Source: Dehalococcoidia bacterium (lineage in GTDB: Bacteria; Chloroflexota; Dehalococcoidia; Lucifugimonadales; Australimonadaceae). From it: a DNA stretch of 64,000 nucleotides. The stretch is taken from the NCBI GenBank assembly GCA_022449765.1, contig JAKUPZ010000008.1, forward strand, positions 21,880-85,879, written 5' to 3'. Of the stretch, positions 1 through 9,185 are shown in pieces (the first letter of the stretch is position 1; each line of letters opens with the position of its first letter). The position numbers and the translations under genes are program-made. The notes under the pieces were generated by a model that saw nothing but the letters and a program-made list of their open reading frames with translations, was not told the DNA's origin and ran no database searches.

Positions 1-143
1 GTAGTATCACTGTAATCACCATGCGAGTAACTAGTTGAGTATCTCTGCCCAAATCACGTGGCCTATTCACGAGCTCCCCCGATCATATTGAAATATTCTC
101 CCCGTACCATCATACAGATCATACTAAAAATTATCTCAAGGAT

Positions 144-1328
144 TTATGGCTTCAATTTTCTCATAGCGTTTCTAAAACCAACAGCTGCTCCCTGTAAAGT
201 CGCATCGTCTACGCAGTACGAAATCCTGAAATACCCTGGCAATCCAAAACCTCTTCCTGGTACAACTAAAACTCCTTCGTTTTGTAATACATTTATCAAT
301 TCCATCTCGTCTGGGACCGGTGATTTCGGGAACATATAAAACGCACCTTCAGGTTTTCGAACCTCATATCCTGCTTCCATAAGAACGCTAAATAGGAAAT
401 CTCTTTTCGCTTGGTAGTCGGCCACCTCAACAGTTACATTCTGAAGCTTACTTACCACATGCTGCATAATTGCTGGAGCATTTACAAAGCCTAAGACACG
501 ATTACAAAATACGAAGGCGTCCATTAAAGTTTCGTGATGCTCGATCTCAGGGTGTAACGCTAAATATCCAATCCTTTCTCCCGGAAGTGCTAAATCTTTT
601 GCATGTGAAGTGACAGTAATGGTTCGTTCGTAGTAATGCTGAGGGAAAGGGTATTTATAACCATCAAAAATTATTCTCCTATATGGCTCGTCGCTCACTA
701 AATAAATCTTTACCCCTAATTCATGCTCTTTTTCTATAAGAATTTTAGAAATGGCTTCAATCACGGATTCAGGGTAGATAACCCCTGATGGGTTATTAGG
801 AGAGTTTAATATCAGGAGTTTAGTTCTTGGAGAAATTTTACTTTTCAAATCCTCAATATCAGGTAGCAAGCTTGCATCAGGTTTGACAACAACTGGCAAA
901 GCATTGTGATTAGAAGCGTAAAAAAGATATTCTGCAAAATAAGGGCTAAGGATTAGCACTTCATCACCTGGGTCACATAATGCGTGAATGACCACATTCA
1001 ATGCGCCTGCAGCGCCTACAGACATCATTATGTGCTCTTTTTGGTATTTGAGGCCGGTCTCAGCATAAAGGGATTCAGCAATGGCTTGCCTTGCAAATGC
1101 ATATCCAGCATTTGGCATGTATCTGTGGGCACCTTTTGGATGAGATTGGATGAATTTTTCTAACTCGTCATGAAATGCGCGAGGTGGTTCTACAACAGGG
1201 TTCCCCAAGGATAAATCAAAGACATTCTCTTCTCCACGCTCATTCTTCAACGCGATACCTAACTCAAACATACGACGAATCCAAGAGCTATCTGTCATAT
1301 GCTTCTGAACATTAATTGCAATAGTCAT
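144..1328 (-). CDS. Class I/II PLP-dependent aminotransferase (aspartate/alanine aminotransferase-like)
   Basis: Long ORF with fold-type I motifs NSPNNPSG and SHAKDLALPGERIGY (PLP-lysine context). The track start at 1340 is TTG. An ATG at 1328 lies 5 nt after GGAGG on the minus strand (TTGGAGGTAGTAATGACT), so 1328 is preferred. Confidence 0.85.
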   Translation of the reverse strand: MTIAINVQKHMTDSSWIRRMFELGIALKNERGEENVFDLSLGNPVVEPPRAFHDELEKFIQSHPKGAHRYMPNAGYAFARQAIAESLYAETGLKYQKEHIMMSVGAAGALNVVIHALCDPGDEVLILSPYFAEYLFYASNHNALPVVVKPDASLLPDIEDLKSKISPRTKLLILNSPNNPSGVIYPESVIEAISKILIEKEHELGVKIYLVSDEPYRRIIFDGYKYPFPQHYYERTITVTSHAKDLALPGERIGYLALHPEIEHHETLMDAFVFCNRVLGFVNAPAIMQHVVSKLQNVTVEVADYQAKRDFLFSVLMEAGYEVRKPEGAFYMFPKSPVPDEMELINVLQNEGVLVVPGRGFGLPGYFRISYCVDDATLQGAAVGFRNAMRKLKP

Positions 1329-1421
1329 TACTACCTCCAACTGTGAGCATAGGCTTGTGTCGGTACCACCGCAAGCGGCAAATACTTGCTAATATATATG
1401 CCGAAATCAAGAGGAGAGATT

Positions 1422-1673
1422 ATGCCTTCACAAACAGGTTCGCGTTTTGAATGTAGTGAACTAGGTTCCCAATACATGATCACTAAAGGCGGTGATGCAG
1501 AATTATCTTGCAAACCAGCTGAGCAGGGGCAGGCAGACCAGCTAGGCAAGCGTTATATAGATAACGAAACCGGAATTATGGTTCTCTGCACTAAATCAGG
1601 CCAATCAAACATTTATTGCAATAATCGTCAAATGGAAATAGTAGCCCAAAGATCACTGCCATCATCTGATTAA
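1422..1673 (+). CDS. Small Cys-containing protein with two degenerate zinc-ribbon/desulforedoxin-like repeats and a C-terminal LPSSD
   Basis: An ATG at 1422 follows a strong SD (AAGAGGAGAGATTATG). The protein has two similar segments, RFECSELGSQYMITKGGDAELSC and RYIDNETGIMVLCTKSGQSNIYC. The competing antisense ORF 1331..1549 has no such support. Confidence 0.6.
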   Translation: MPSQTGSRFECSELGSQYMITKGGDAELSCKPAEQGQADQLGKRYIDNETGIMVLCTKSGQSNIYCNNRQMEIVAQRSLPSSD

Positions 1674-2122
1674 TATTTCATAAATTCGTAGAGATCATAG
1701 TGTTCTGCTGACATACCTAGGCGTTTGTACACTTGCTGAGCGGAATGATTTCCCTTGTCTACATAAAGCCTAAGCCCCACCAGTTCTGAGGACTCACTAA
1801 CTTGGTTCTTCAAATGTTCAAAGAGTGTCGAAAAAGCCCCTTTCTTGCGATAATCTGGCCGGACATATACTGAATGAATCCAGATTACTACGCCGTTCCG
1901 CCAGTCACTCCATTCAGGTAAAGTCATCATCATTCCAACAGGGCCGTCTTCAGATTCTACCAACCAATACTCTGCGGTTACTTCACCCTTTAGGACAGCA
2001 CCGACGCCTGAATTAATCGTGGCTTCCTCTAAATCAACCCCTTCACTTTCAACAGCCATTTTTATTTGAAAATCTACAATTAATTGCAAATCGTCAATAT
2101 TCGCTCGTCGGACGCTAAACAT
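1670..2122 (-). CDS. GNAT-family N-acetyltransferase
   Basis: 150 aa with a GNAT-like acetyl-CoA binding segment (VRPDYRKKGAFSTLFEHL) and typical size. Confidence 0.8.
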   Translation of the reverse strand: MFSVRRANIDDLQLIVDFQIKMAVESEGVDLEEATINSGVGAVLKGEVTAEYWLVESEDGPVGMMMTLPEWSDWRNGVVIWIHSVYVRPDYRKKGAFSTLFEHLKNQVSESSELVGLRLYVDKGNHSAQQVYKRLGMSAEHYDLYEFMKY

Positions 2123-2135
2123 TCTGAATACATCC

Positions 2136-2783
2136 TTAGTTATTCATTTTTCTCATAACTGCAACAACTCGACCATGGATCTGTACTTTATCTGCAGGGA
2201 CAATAATCGGATCCATCTCCTTATTAGCCGGCAGGAGACGAACCTGATTACCTTCAAGGTAGAAATGCTTTAGAGTAGCTTCTTCTTCAATCGGTAGCCA
2301 AGCCGCCACCATATCACCGTCTCTCACATCAGTAGTTGGACGCAGTACTACGATATCTCCATCAGTGATAAATGCATCAATCATTGAGAAGCCTTTTACC
2401 CTCAGAGCAAACAAATCTTCAGCATGATGAGGAGTAAAATCAGGTGACAAGGCAATTTTTTCTAAGTCGGCTGGATCGTAAGAGGAAGCTTCTGGGACAG
2501 GAATTGGCTGCCCCGCAGCAATAGTACCCATTATTGGAACCATAGCAACTTCCACAAGGTCTATCTCTTTTTCAATTACCAATTCAATCGCCCGGGATAT
2601 ATCAGGAGAGCGCCGAATATAACCGTCCCTTTCTAGAAGACGGAGGTTGTAATCTACGACCGACGTAGAGCTGATACCACAAGCAGTCTGTATCTCTCGA
2701 ACTGAAGGCATATAACTTCTATCAATATGGAATTCTTGCAAAAAATCTAATATCTGTTGTTGCCTGCTAGATAATTTCCCCAT
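2136..2783 (-). CDS. lexA: LexA repressor (S24 peptidase)
   Basis: N-terminal wHTH (SVREI..GISSTSVVDYNL), an Ala-Gly cleavage site (IAAGQPI), the catalytic Ser context GFSM and a downstream Lys. An ATG at 2783 lies 5 nt after GAGG. The track start at 2789 is GTG. Confidence 0.93.
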   Translation of the reverse strand: MGKLSSRQQQILDFLQEFHIDRSYMPSVREIQTACGISSTSVVDYNLRLLERDGYIRRSPDISRAIELVIEKEIDLVEVAMVPIMGTIAAGQPIPVPEASSYDPADLEKIALSPDFTPHHAEDLFALRVKGFSMIDAFITDGDIVVLRPTTDVRDGDMVAAWLPIEEEATLKHFYLEGNQVRLLPANKEMDPIIVPADKVQIHGRVVAVMRKMNN

Positions 2784-2797
2784 GCGCACCTCAAATA

Positions 2798-2811
2798 CGA
2801 ACGTTAGTTCT
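2798..2811. promoter_or_regulatory. SOS box (Cheo-type LexA operator, CGAAC-N4-GTTC)
   Basis: The sequence CGAACGTTAGTTCT lies just upstream of the lexA SD and start. It carries the GAAC-N4-GTTC palindrome used by Gram-positive-type LexA proteins. Confidence 0.75.
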
Positions 2812-2858
2812 GATCGTAAACATCAGAGTACAAGCATGTCAACGCCCTAGTGACATCA

Positions 2859-2882
2859 AAAAAGGGGCTAATGCCCCTTTTC
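2859..2882 (-). terminator. Intrinsic terminator after rpsT
   Basis: A GC-rich hairpin (AAAGGGGC-TAAT-GCCCCTTT) is flanked by A/T runs, about 30 nt downstream of the rpsT stop. Confidence 0.75.
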
Positions 2883-2911
2883 AAGATTAATAAATGGAAT
2901 TTTTTGCTAGT

Positions 2912-3166
2912 TTAGTCTGAATTTGAGTTAAGGCGTTTCATAAGCCTAGACTTACTTCGTGCAGCCGCATTGCGATGAACTATTCCCTTAGATGCCGCTC
3001 GGTCTAGCTTACTAGTTGCTAGCTTGACTGCCTCTGCAGATTCTTCGCTGCTGCCTGTTCCAAGCACTTGCATTGCTTTCTTAACTGCGGTACGTGTACT
3101 AGATCGTACGTCTCGGTTTATTATTCTCTTACGCTCTTGAACTCTAGCTGTTTTTTTCGCTGGCAT
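2912..3166 (-). CDS. rpsT: 30S ribosomal protein S20
   Basis: 84 aa, basic, with N-terminus MPAKKTARVQERKRIINRDVRSS, typical of S20. Confidence 0.93.
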   Translation of the reverse strand: MPAKKTARVQERKRIINRDVRSSTRTAVKKAMQVLGTGSSEESAEAVKLATSKLDRAASKGIVHRNAAARSKSRLMKRLNSNSD

Positions 3167-3238
3167 ACTATCTCCAATTTGTAGACATACATTATGCCGC
3201 TCAAATGTATTTCTGGCTAGGTCTAAGTAGTAGGAAAG

Positions 3239-5407
3239 TTAATTATTCTTTGCAGGGGCTCTTTTGGTGAAGTTTCTATTAACGCTCTTTACACCTGAAA
3301 CGCTCTCTATTTTATTAAAGAGTCGCGATAGTTGTTCAAGGCTAGAAACTTGAGCAGTTAAATGAACAATAACCGTATCTCCGTCTATGCTTTCGGTGCT
3401 AGATCCAGCTATATTGACATGCTCAGTTGACGTGGCCCCAGTTATGTCATGAAGCAAACCGACCCTGTCCTGCGATTCAATCGCAATTCGAACGGGGAAA
3501 ACATTTCTACTTTGCCCCCATTCCACTGGTACTATTCTTTCAGGCTCACTAACATTTCGTAGATTAATGCAATCCTGCCGATGTACAGTAACGCCCCTAG
3601 TACGGGTCACGAAACCTGAGATGCTTTCGCCAGGAAGAGGAAGGCAACACTCAGCAGTTCTAGTTAGCAGATCGCCTACTCCCAATACTGTAACCCCTGT
3701 TGCAATCACAGGCCCAAGCTCTTCGATAGAAATTGCTGCAGGCGAGCCTTGTTCAGACTTAATAGCAGTAATTCTCCCTGCGATTTGGGAAATAGACACC
3801 ATTCCAGATCCTAATGCAGCGTAAAAATCATTCTCGCTTTCATACCGAAACCATTTAGCGATTTCAAAATCTGAGATATTGCTATTTAGCCTCTTCAGTT
3901 CTTTCTTTAGGAGATCCTTGCCTCTATCAACGTTGACATCGCGCTCTTGATGTCGAAACCAAGCTCTAATTGACTGCCGGGCATTAGTAGTTTTGACATA
4001 TCCTAAATGAGGGTTTAACCAATCCAAACTTGGACCTCTGGCTACTTTACTGGTTAAAATCTCTACAGTGTCTCCATTAGACAGTCGCGTATCAAGTGCG
4101 ACCAAACGTCCATTAATTTTTGCCCCAATACAACGATGCCCAAGTTCTGTATGAATCCGATACGCAAAATCTATTGAAGTAGCGCCGCTAGGAAGTTCAC
4201 GGATTTCATTTTTAGGAGTGTACACAAAAACCTGGTCATCAAAGAGATCATTAGCAATGCTCTCAATGTATTCCTCACTCCCGCTTACCTCACGTTGCCA
4301 CTCTAGCAGTTGACGCAACCAAGACATCCGTTCTTCAAATCGGTTCCCGCGCGCGTCCAATCCTTCTTTGTAACTTGAATGTGATGCAACTCCGTATTCA
4401 GAATTTTGATGCATTTCATAAGTACGTAATTGTACCTCTACAGGGACTCCATCTGGCGTTCTTACTGTGGTATGCAAAGATTGATACATATTTCCCTTTG
4501 GGCTTGCGATGTAATCATCAAATTGACCAGGGAGAGGCCTCCACAGACCGTGAACAATACCCAGTGCAGCGTAGCAATCACTCACAGTATTAACGATTAC
4601 GCGCAACGCAAAAAGATCCTGTATCTCTCCAATTTCTTTACCAATAGACGCGTACGACTGAGCTTTCTTGTAGATACTGTAGAGATGCTTAGGTCGACCA
4701 GTGACTTCAAAATCATATCCGGCTTTATTCAATTCTTCAGATAAAATTTCAGAAATTCTCTCAATATACTGTTCTCTCTCTTTGCGCTTGGCAGACAGTA
4801 ACCTAGACATTCTCCGGTACTGCAATGGTTCTAGGTAACGAAATGATAAATCCTCAAGTTGCCATTCCATTTCACCCATTCCGAGACGATGCGCCAAAGG
4901 AGCATAGATATCTAACGTTTCCTGAGCAATTTCAATTTGACGGTTTGGCGGAAGTGGCTCCAAAGTCTGCATATTATGTAAGCGATCAGCAAGTTTAATG
5001 AGTACCACTCGAATATCTTCTGCCATGGCAACAAGCATCTTGCGGAGATTATCAGACCTTTCAGTATCGCTTTCAGAATTACCCGAAAGTTTGGTTTTTA
5101 TGAGTTTTAGTTTTGTTACTCCATCTACGAGTTTCGCGACTTCTTCTCCAAACTCTTTTTTTATATCTGACAAGGGTATGTCACAGTCTTCAACAACATC
5201 ATGAAGTAAAGCTGCGGCAATCGTTTTCTCGTCAAGATGGAGGTCTGCTAAATAAGTCGCCGCGGTGATAGGATGATCAATATATGGCCCTCCTGATAAA
5301 CGTGTTTGCCCCGTATGCGCTTTAGTCGCAAAATCAAGCGCATCATTCACTATTACAATTCTCTCGTCTGCTAAATATTCTTTTAGCTTCACCGTCAGCT
5401 GATTCAT
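3239..5407 (-). CDS. rel: Bifunctional (p)ppGpp synthetase/hydrolase (RelA/SpoT homologue)
   Basis: 722 aa with an HD hydrolase motif (HDVVED), synthetase-domain segments (RPKHLYSIYKK, YQSLHT), and TGS and ACT-like C-terminal regions. Confidence 0.95.
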   Translation of the reverse strand: MNQLTVKLKEYLADERIVIVNDALDFATKAHTGQTRLSGGPYIDHPITAATYLADLHLDEKTIAAALLHDVVEDCDIPLSDIKKEFGEEVAKLVDGVTKLKLIKTKLSGNSESDTERSDNLRKMLVAMAEDIRVVLIKLADRLHNMQTLEPLPPNRQIEIAQETLDIYAPLAHRLGMGEMEWQLEDLSFRYLEPLQYRRMSRLLSAKRKEREQYIERISEILSEELNKAGYDFEVTGRPKHLYSIYKKAQSYASIGKEIGEIQDLFALRVIVNTVSDCYAALGIVHGLWRPLPGQFDDYIASPKGNMYQSLHTTVRTPDGVPVEVQLRTYEMHQNSEYGVASHSSYKEGLDARGNRFEERMSWLRQLLEWQREVSGSEEYIESIANDLFDDQVFVYTPKNEIRELPSGATSIDFAYRIHTELGHRCIGAKINGRLVALDTRLSNGDTVEILTSKVARGPSLDWLNPHLGYVKTTNARQSIRAWFRHQERDVNVDRGKDLLKKELKRLNSNISDFEIAKWFRYESENDFYAALGSGMVSISQIAGRITAIKSEQGSPAAISIEELGPVIATGVTVLGVGDLLTRTAECCLPLPGESISGFVTRTRGVTVHRQDCINLRNVSEPERIVPVEWGQSRNVFPVRIAIESQDRVGLLHDITGATSTEHVNIAGSSTESIDGDTVIVHLTAQVSSLEQLSRLFNKIESVSGVKSVNRNFTKRAPAKNN

Positions 5408-5536
5408 TAATCCATTATAAGCCCTAGGTAAACCAAATAATTTACAAATATCTTTTCCGCAGGCAAATTCAATACGATTAATGAAACTCAGAAATATGTA
5501 GTTTCTGGTATTCTTAGCCTGTACATCAGAGGTCTA

Positions 5537-6790
5537 ATGTTTCAATCACCAAGAGGCACTGCCGATATTCTTCCACAAGAGCAAGCTTTATGGTCTTATG
5601 TAAGATCCAAGTTAACTTACTCTGCCGACCTATTTGGCTATCAAAGAATTGATACACCTATATTTGAAGATACCGCGCTATTCTCTAGAACTGTTGGAGA
5701 AGAAACCGACATAGTTCAAAAGGAAATGTATAGTTTTGAAGATCGCGGAGGCCAATCACTGACCTTACGCCCAGAAGGAACTGCCGCAGTTTGTAGAGCT
5801 TATCTTCAACACGGCCTTCATAATCTTGCTCAGCCCCAACGACTTTACTACCTCTGCCCAATGTTTCGATACGATAGGCCGCAAGCAGGAAGATTCAGGC
5901 AATTCAATCAATTTGGGATTGAAGCCATTGGGGAATCAGACGCAATTATCGACCTGGAAGTAATCCAGCTTGCAATCCATAGCATGAGTAATCTTGGACT
6001 TCAAAATATGCGCCTCGTCCTTAATAACATCGGGGACCACAACGATCGCAAAAATTATATTGATGCGCTTAAAGAACATCTCGCAACACATACATCTAAC
6101 ATGGGCGAGGATGATCGTCGTCGGTACGAAACAAATCCGTTGAGAGTACTTGATTCAAAAGAATTATCACAGGAAACTTTCATTGATCTTGCCCCTAAAA
6201 GCGCTGATTTCTTAGGTGTAGACGCAAAAGATCATTGGGAAGAGCTTTTGGGTTACCTCGAATTGATGGGGATCTCCTATACATTAGATCACAAGCTTGT
6301 CCGAGGGCTTGATTACTATACCCGTACTGTTTTTGAAATCCACCCAGCAGTTACCGGAGCCCAAAGCGCGGTTTGTGCAGGAGGGCGATATGACGGATTA
6401 TTTGAAGAACTAGGGGGTAAATCAACTCCCGGAATAGGGTTTGCTGCCGGAATTGAAAGATTGATTCTAAATCTACAAACTCAAACCTATGAAGGTGGCA
6501 TAAGTGCAAAAAAACCACTAATCCTTTGTTATAACGGAATACCAGCAAAAAACGATGCCATTAAATTAGCTGAAACATTAAGGAGCGAGGATCAATTGGT
6601 TCTGCTTGCACCGAATAGAAGCTTAAAATCCCAATTGAGATTTGCATCAGGGACCGAAGCAAATCTTGTATTAATCATTGGTGAAAACGAATTACGAGAA
6701 GGAAATATCACCTGCCGTGATATGAGCAGAGGCGACCAACTGGTTATCCCCAGAAGTGATTTACTGAATTACTTAAAGCAAAATACCTAA
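5537..6790 (+). CDS. hisS: Histidine--tRNA ligase
   Basis: N-terminus PRGTADILP and class II motifs (LRPEGT, FRYDRPQAGRFRQFNQ, GGRYD). Confidence 0.95.
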   Translation: MFQSPRGTADILPQEQALWSYVRSKLTYSADLFGYQRIDTPIFEDTALFSRTVGEETDIVQKEMYSFEDRGGQSLTLRPEGTAAVCRAYLQHGLHNLAQPQRLYYLCPMFRYDRPQAGRFRQFNQFGIEAIGESDAIIDLEVIQLAIHSMSNLGLQNMRLVLNNIGDHNDRKNYIDALKEHLATHTSNMGEDDRRRYETNPLRVLDSKELSQETFIDLAPKSADFLGVDAKDHWEELLGYLELMGISYTLDHKLVRGLDYYTRTVFEIHPAVTGAQSAVCAGGRYDGLFEELGGKSTPGIGFAAGIERLILNLQTQTYEGGISAKKPLILCYNGIPAKNDAIKLAETLRSEDQLVLLAPNRSLKSQLRFASGTEANLVLIIGENELREGNITCRDMSRGDQLVIPRSDLLNYLKQNT

Positions 6791-7905
6791 GGAACATCTA
6801 TATTAATCGTAGTTGTACGAGCAGCTACGAAAACACTGGTAGCTGATGCAGGATATTTGCCTGCCCAGAATTGCACAGTAGCATTGGTATAGCCGGTTCT
6901 GCTAATACTAATAGGTAATAAGTACTCTCCTGTTTTTTCGACAGTTGTAGAAAACCATAAATCGGACGATCCTACTTTAGAAACCTTGGCGTAGACGCGA
7001 GTGCCTTTTGTAGCACTTCTACTGTCGATTTTAATGGTTCCTTTAAAAATGGCAGGGATGCTTGGAGGTGTGCCTTTAGAAGTACCTGAGAGAGGCGCAT
7101 CAATTATGCTAACTCCTGTCTCAAGTCGAGGAATAACAGTCGATATCAACCCGTCGACAGATAAAGCGTATATTTCGCCTGTTCGACCAATTGCAATATC
7201 CAACATATGCTGCTCGTTCATACGAATACCACGTAATAGGCCGCTGTTATCAATTAAAGCCGATCCATCAGAATCCTCATTTGATAATCCTTGCAACTGA
7301 ATGTACCGAAGTCCCGTATTAAAATCTTGACGACTTCCTATGATCCTCGAAGAATTCTTCTGAACTACATCAGTTAATCCACCTTGGCGAAGCAAGACAA
7401 AATCTTGATCTAGTTGGGGATCACCCGTTTTGGCTAAGTTAAATGATGGATAAACTTGGCCCGGAGAAATAACTTCTAGCAATGCAAGATCTAAGTTGTC
7501 ATCTCTGCCAATAACCCATGCTCGGCCATTAGAGCCCGAAGGGGTGTAGAAATCTGCCAAGGGGGACTGACCTAGACCAGATGATGTAGTTAATATTCGA
7601 CCTAACGTCCCCTCGATGAAAACCCCTGTCCATTGCTTATCTCCTGCAATTAGTTTCACAACAGCAGGCTCCGCCAGAGCTATACCTTGGGCCTGAGTGG
7701 GCGTTGGCGGAGGTGTAGGTGTTGGACTAGGCGTTGGCGTTGGCGTTGGCGTTGGCGTTGGACTAGGTGTTGGGCTAGGCGTAGGTGTAGGTCTAGGGGG
7801 TGCAGGAGTAGGAGTTGGCTCAACGTTAACACACGCAGCAACTAGCCCCAGTGCTAATACAAAAGCTGGAGCTAATAAAGCTATTTTAAAATGTCTAAAT
7901 ACCAT
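6787..7905 (-). CDS. Lipoprotein with a Pro/Thr-rich linker, a trypsin-fold (S1C-like) domain and a C-terminal beta-rich domain
   Basis: Signal peptide plus lipobox (LVAAC), a roughly 45-aa P/T/S linker, then segments resembling HtrA-type proteases (DLALLEV, SDGSALID). Confidence 0.6.
   Translation of the reverse strand: MVFRHFKIALLAPAFVLALGLVAACVNVEPTPTPAPPRPTPTPSPTPSPTPTPTPTPTPSPTPTPPPTPTQAQGIALAEPAVVKLIAGDKQWTGVFIEGTLGRILTTSSGLGQSPLADFYTPSGSNGRAWVIGRDDNLDLALLEVISPGQVYPSFNLAKTGDPQLDQDFVLLRQGGLTDVVQKNSSRIIGSRQDFNTGLRYIQLQGLSNEDSDGSALIDNSGLLRGIRMNEQHMLDIAIGRTGEIYALSVDGLISTVIPRLETGVSIIDAPLSGTSKGTPPSIPAIFKGTIKIDSRSATKGTRVYAKVSKVGSSDLWFSTTVEKTGEYLLPISISRTGYTNATVQFWAGKYPASATSVFVAARTTTINIDVP
7731..7760. 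repeat. Tandem hexanucleotide repeat (GCGTTG)x5 inside the PT-linker coding region
   Basis: Directly visible as gcgttggcgttggcgttggcgttggcgttg. It is in frame and encodes (PT)n on the minus strand. Confidence 0.95.
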
Positions 7906-8080
7906 CCCTACATCCTAGTCTTCCTTTAGATTGTATAACGTCAGGCATGTAGGCTGGCAATGACATTAACTGGCAAATTCTTCTTGATGTGGATGATTAG
8001 CTCGCTCCTTAGACGACCTAATCTGATACCATTGCTTTCGTCATCCGTATCTTCAATTTAGAGAAACCTATTACAAAAGC

Positions 8081-9172
8081 ATGCTAGATAGACTAGAAAA
8101 CTTCCTAAAACGAGTTCAGGAAATTGATGAACTATTTTCAGACCCTGAAGTAATTTCTAACCCCGATTTGGTTAGTAAACTTGCAAAGGAAAGGTCTGAT
8201 CTTCTTCCAATTGTCAATTCATACGAATCCCTAAAAATTGCTAAGCAAGAACTTGATGACGCCAAGTCTTTGTCTAATGACAACGACCCTGAGGTTGCAG
8301 AAATGGCGTTAGAGGAAATTGAAAGGCTTGGCACTGAGGTAGAAAGCCTCGACCAAGAATTACGAAATGCTTTATTACCTAAAGACCCTAATGACAATAA
8401 AAACGTAATTATGGAAATACGTGGAGGCACAGGAGGAGATGAGGCTGCAATATTTGCAGGTGATTTATTTCGAATGTATCAGAGATACGCCCATAAACAT
8501 GGGCTGACAATAGATATAGTCAATATGAATGAAACTGAACAAGGTGGCATTAAAGAAGTAGTCTGCACTATTCAAGGAGAAAGTGCTTACAGGCTGCTAA
8601 AGCATGAAAGCGGAGTGCATCGTGTCCAGCGAGTACCGACTACCGAAACACAAGGCAGGATACATACATCCACTGCAACAGTTGCCGTCCTTCCTGAAGT
8701 CGATGAGGTTGATGTTGATATCCGTACAGAAGACCTGCGAATTGACATATTCCATTCCGGTGGCCCCGGTGGGCAAAATGTGAATAAAGTCGCCACCGCT
8801 GTACGTGTTGTTCATAATCCTTCTGGCATAGTAGTGGTCTCTCAAGGCGAGAGGTCGCAATTACGTAACAAAACCGAAGCTCTATCTGTTCTTCGATCCA
8901 GATTGTATGAACAGCAAATTCGTGAACAAGAAGAATCTACGTCTGCTGCAAGAAGATCGCAAGTAGGCAGTGGGGAGAGATCTGAAAAAATTAGGACCTA
9001 CAATTTCCCACAGGATCGACTTACAGATCACCGTATTAATATGTCTATACATGGACTGCAAGAAATTATGGTAGGTGCAGGGCAATTCGGTTCCTTGGTC
9101 GAATCCTTATTACAGGACGAGCAGGCAAGATTGCTTGAACAAGCCGAAGTAGAAACTCAAAAATTAGTATAG
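8081..9172 (+). CDS. prfA: Peptide chain release factor 1
   Basis: GGQ motif (SGGPGGQNVNKV) and an RF1-type tripeptide context (RVQRVPTTETQGRIHTS). Confidence 0.95.
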   Translation: MLDRLENFLKRVQEIDELFSDPEVISNPDLVSKLAKERSDLLPIVNSYESLKIAKQELDDAKSLSNDNDPEVAEMALEEIERLGTEVESLDQELRNALLPKDPNDNKNVIMEIRGGTGGDEAAIFAGDLFRMYQRYAHKHGLTIDIVNMNETEQGGIKEVVCTIQGESAYRLLKHESGVHRVQRVPTTETQGRIHTSTATVAVLPEVDEVDVDIRTEDLRIDIFHSGGPGGQNVNKVATAVRVVHNPSGIVVVSQGERSQLRNKTEALSVLRSRLYEQQIREQEESTSAARRSQVGSGERSEKIRTYNFPQDRLTDHRINMSIHGLQEIMVGAGQFGSLVESLLQDEQARLLEQAEVETQKLV

Positions 9173-9185
9173 TCGATTATCCGCA

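Noticed and set aside
1331-1549. 72-aa minus-strand ORF overlapping the small Cys-protein gene
   Set aside because: It has no SD, and its start would lie inside the aminotransferase gene end. The plus-strand gene has a strong SD and an internally repeated, family-like sequence.
7697-7918. 73-aa ORF encoding GVGVGLGVG repeats
   Set aside because: It is the mirror image of the Pro/Thr-rich linker of the minus-strand lipoprotein gene. The repeat is explained by that gene.
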